Shown here in pieces: positions 63,662 through 64,000 of a stretch of 64,000 bases of DNA. The position numbers were made by a program, and so were the translations under genes. Below the pieces are notes generated by a model. That model was not told where the DNA came from, ran no database searches, and saw only the letters and a list, made by a program, of their open reading frames with translations. The stretch spans positions 131,987 to 195,986 of the forward strand of contig CAVZVS010000004.1 in assembly GCA_963778815.1 (NCBI GenBank), given 5' to 3'. This DNA is from an uncultured Chloroflexia bacterium. GTDB lineage: Bacteria > Chloroflexota > Limnocylindria > Limnocylindrales > CSP1-4. Each line of letters begins with the position of its first letter. The first letter of the stretch is position 1.

Positions 63662-64000
63662 GACCGGTCGGGTCGGGTCGGGATCGGTCAGGGCCGCCGA
63701 ACCCGGCGTGGCCGGGCGGGCGACCCTGGTCGGGTCGTGCGGGCGCGGGCCGCCACGATGATCGGGATGGCGCGGCCGCCCACCGCGACCGGTGCGACGG
63801 CTCAAGGTCGAGCCGCCGGCATCGATCGGCGGGCACGCCGAGTACGGGTCGGCTGGGGTCCAGCGTCGCCGAGGCGACGGGTGAAAGTGTCAGGCATCGG
63901 TCCGAACGCGTTGGGCTGGGCGCGCTCGTCTGGCGCGTCGGTCGTCCCGATGATACCGCGCCCGGCTCAGACCCCGTCGACGACGAGCAGGTCGAGCGGC

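Noticed and set aside
63967-64000. Possible 3' end of a minus-strand gene at the window edge (…PLDLLVVDGV*).
   Set aside because: Only 11 codons are visible, so no product or reading-frame support is possible.

Overview
Very GC-rich, densely coding chromosomal window that reads like an actinobacterial (or similar high-GC) core-genome segment. I found no rRNA, tRNA, CRISPR array, transposase or integrase. Many long overlapping or antisense ORFs in the six-frame track are GC artefacts. Content in order: (i) a translationally coupled glycan/EPS cassette (galE, GT4, GT2, Wzy/O-antigen-ligase-like, the last frameshifted). (ii) A 912-aa secreted propeller-PKD protein ending in three ~125-aa tandem domains. 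(iii) A TPP enzyme. (iv) A TasA/camelysin-like, SipW, FN3-protein operon with SipW-type signal peptides. (v) ADP-forming acyl-CoA synthetase, acyl-CoA dehydrogenase and aldehyde dehydrogenase. (vi) PPK2, a PT-linker/SH3 membrane protein, a DUF853 HerA-like ATPase and DUF4332. (vii) A minus-strand amino-acid array ilvB-ilvN-ilvC-leuA-leuB-cimA-(free LeuA-dimer domain)-pheA with five consecutive 4-nt stop/start overlaps and a leader ORF plus hairpin upstream of ilvB; leuCD and ilvD lie further on. (viii) A polysaccharide-lyase-like exoprotein, a GGDEF-EAL-GAF membrane protein with DUF5317, a MarP-like CvpA-protease, DUF885, a DAO oxidoreductase, an LLM oxidoreductase, an M20 peptidase and a clan-CD-like secreted protein. 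(ix) MarR, fabD and two tandem KAS II genes. (x) Most interesting, 56.1-63.7 kb: four (possibly five) ORFs share an acidic-[V/T]-[E/S/A]-G-H motif, 17 copies in all; one gene is a near-perfect 48/54-nt tandem array encoding 10 copies. These ORFs are interleaved with a crp-GAF-S8 peptidase operon, an MFS::cNMP-binding fusion and ogt. Separately, 16.3-27.4 kb carries an abnormal density of single-base frame disruptions in conserved genes. This looks more like assembly indel error than biology and should be checked before any pseudogene call is believed.
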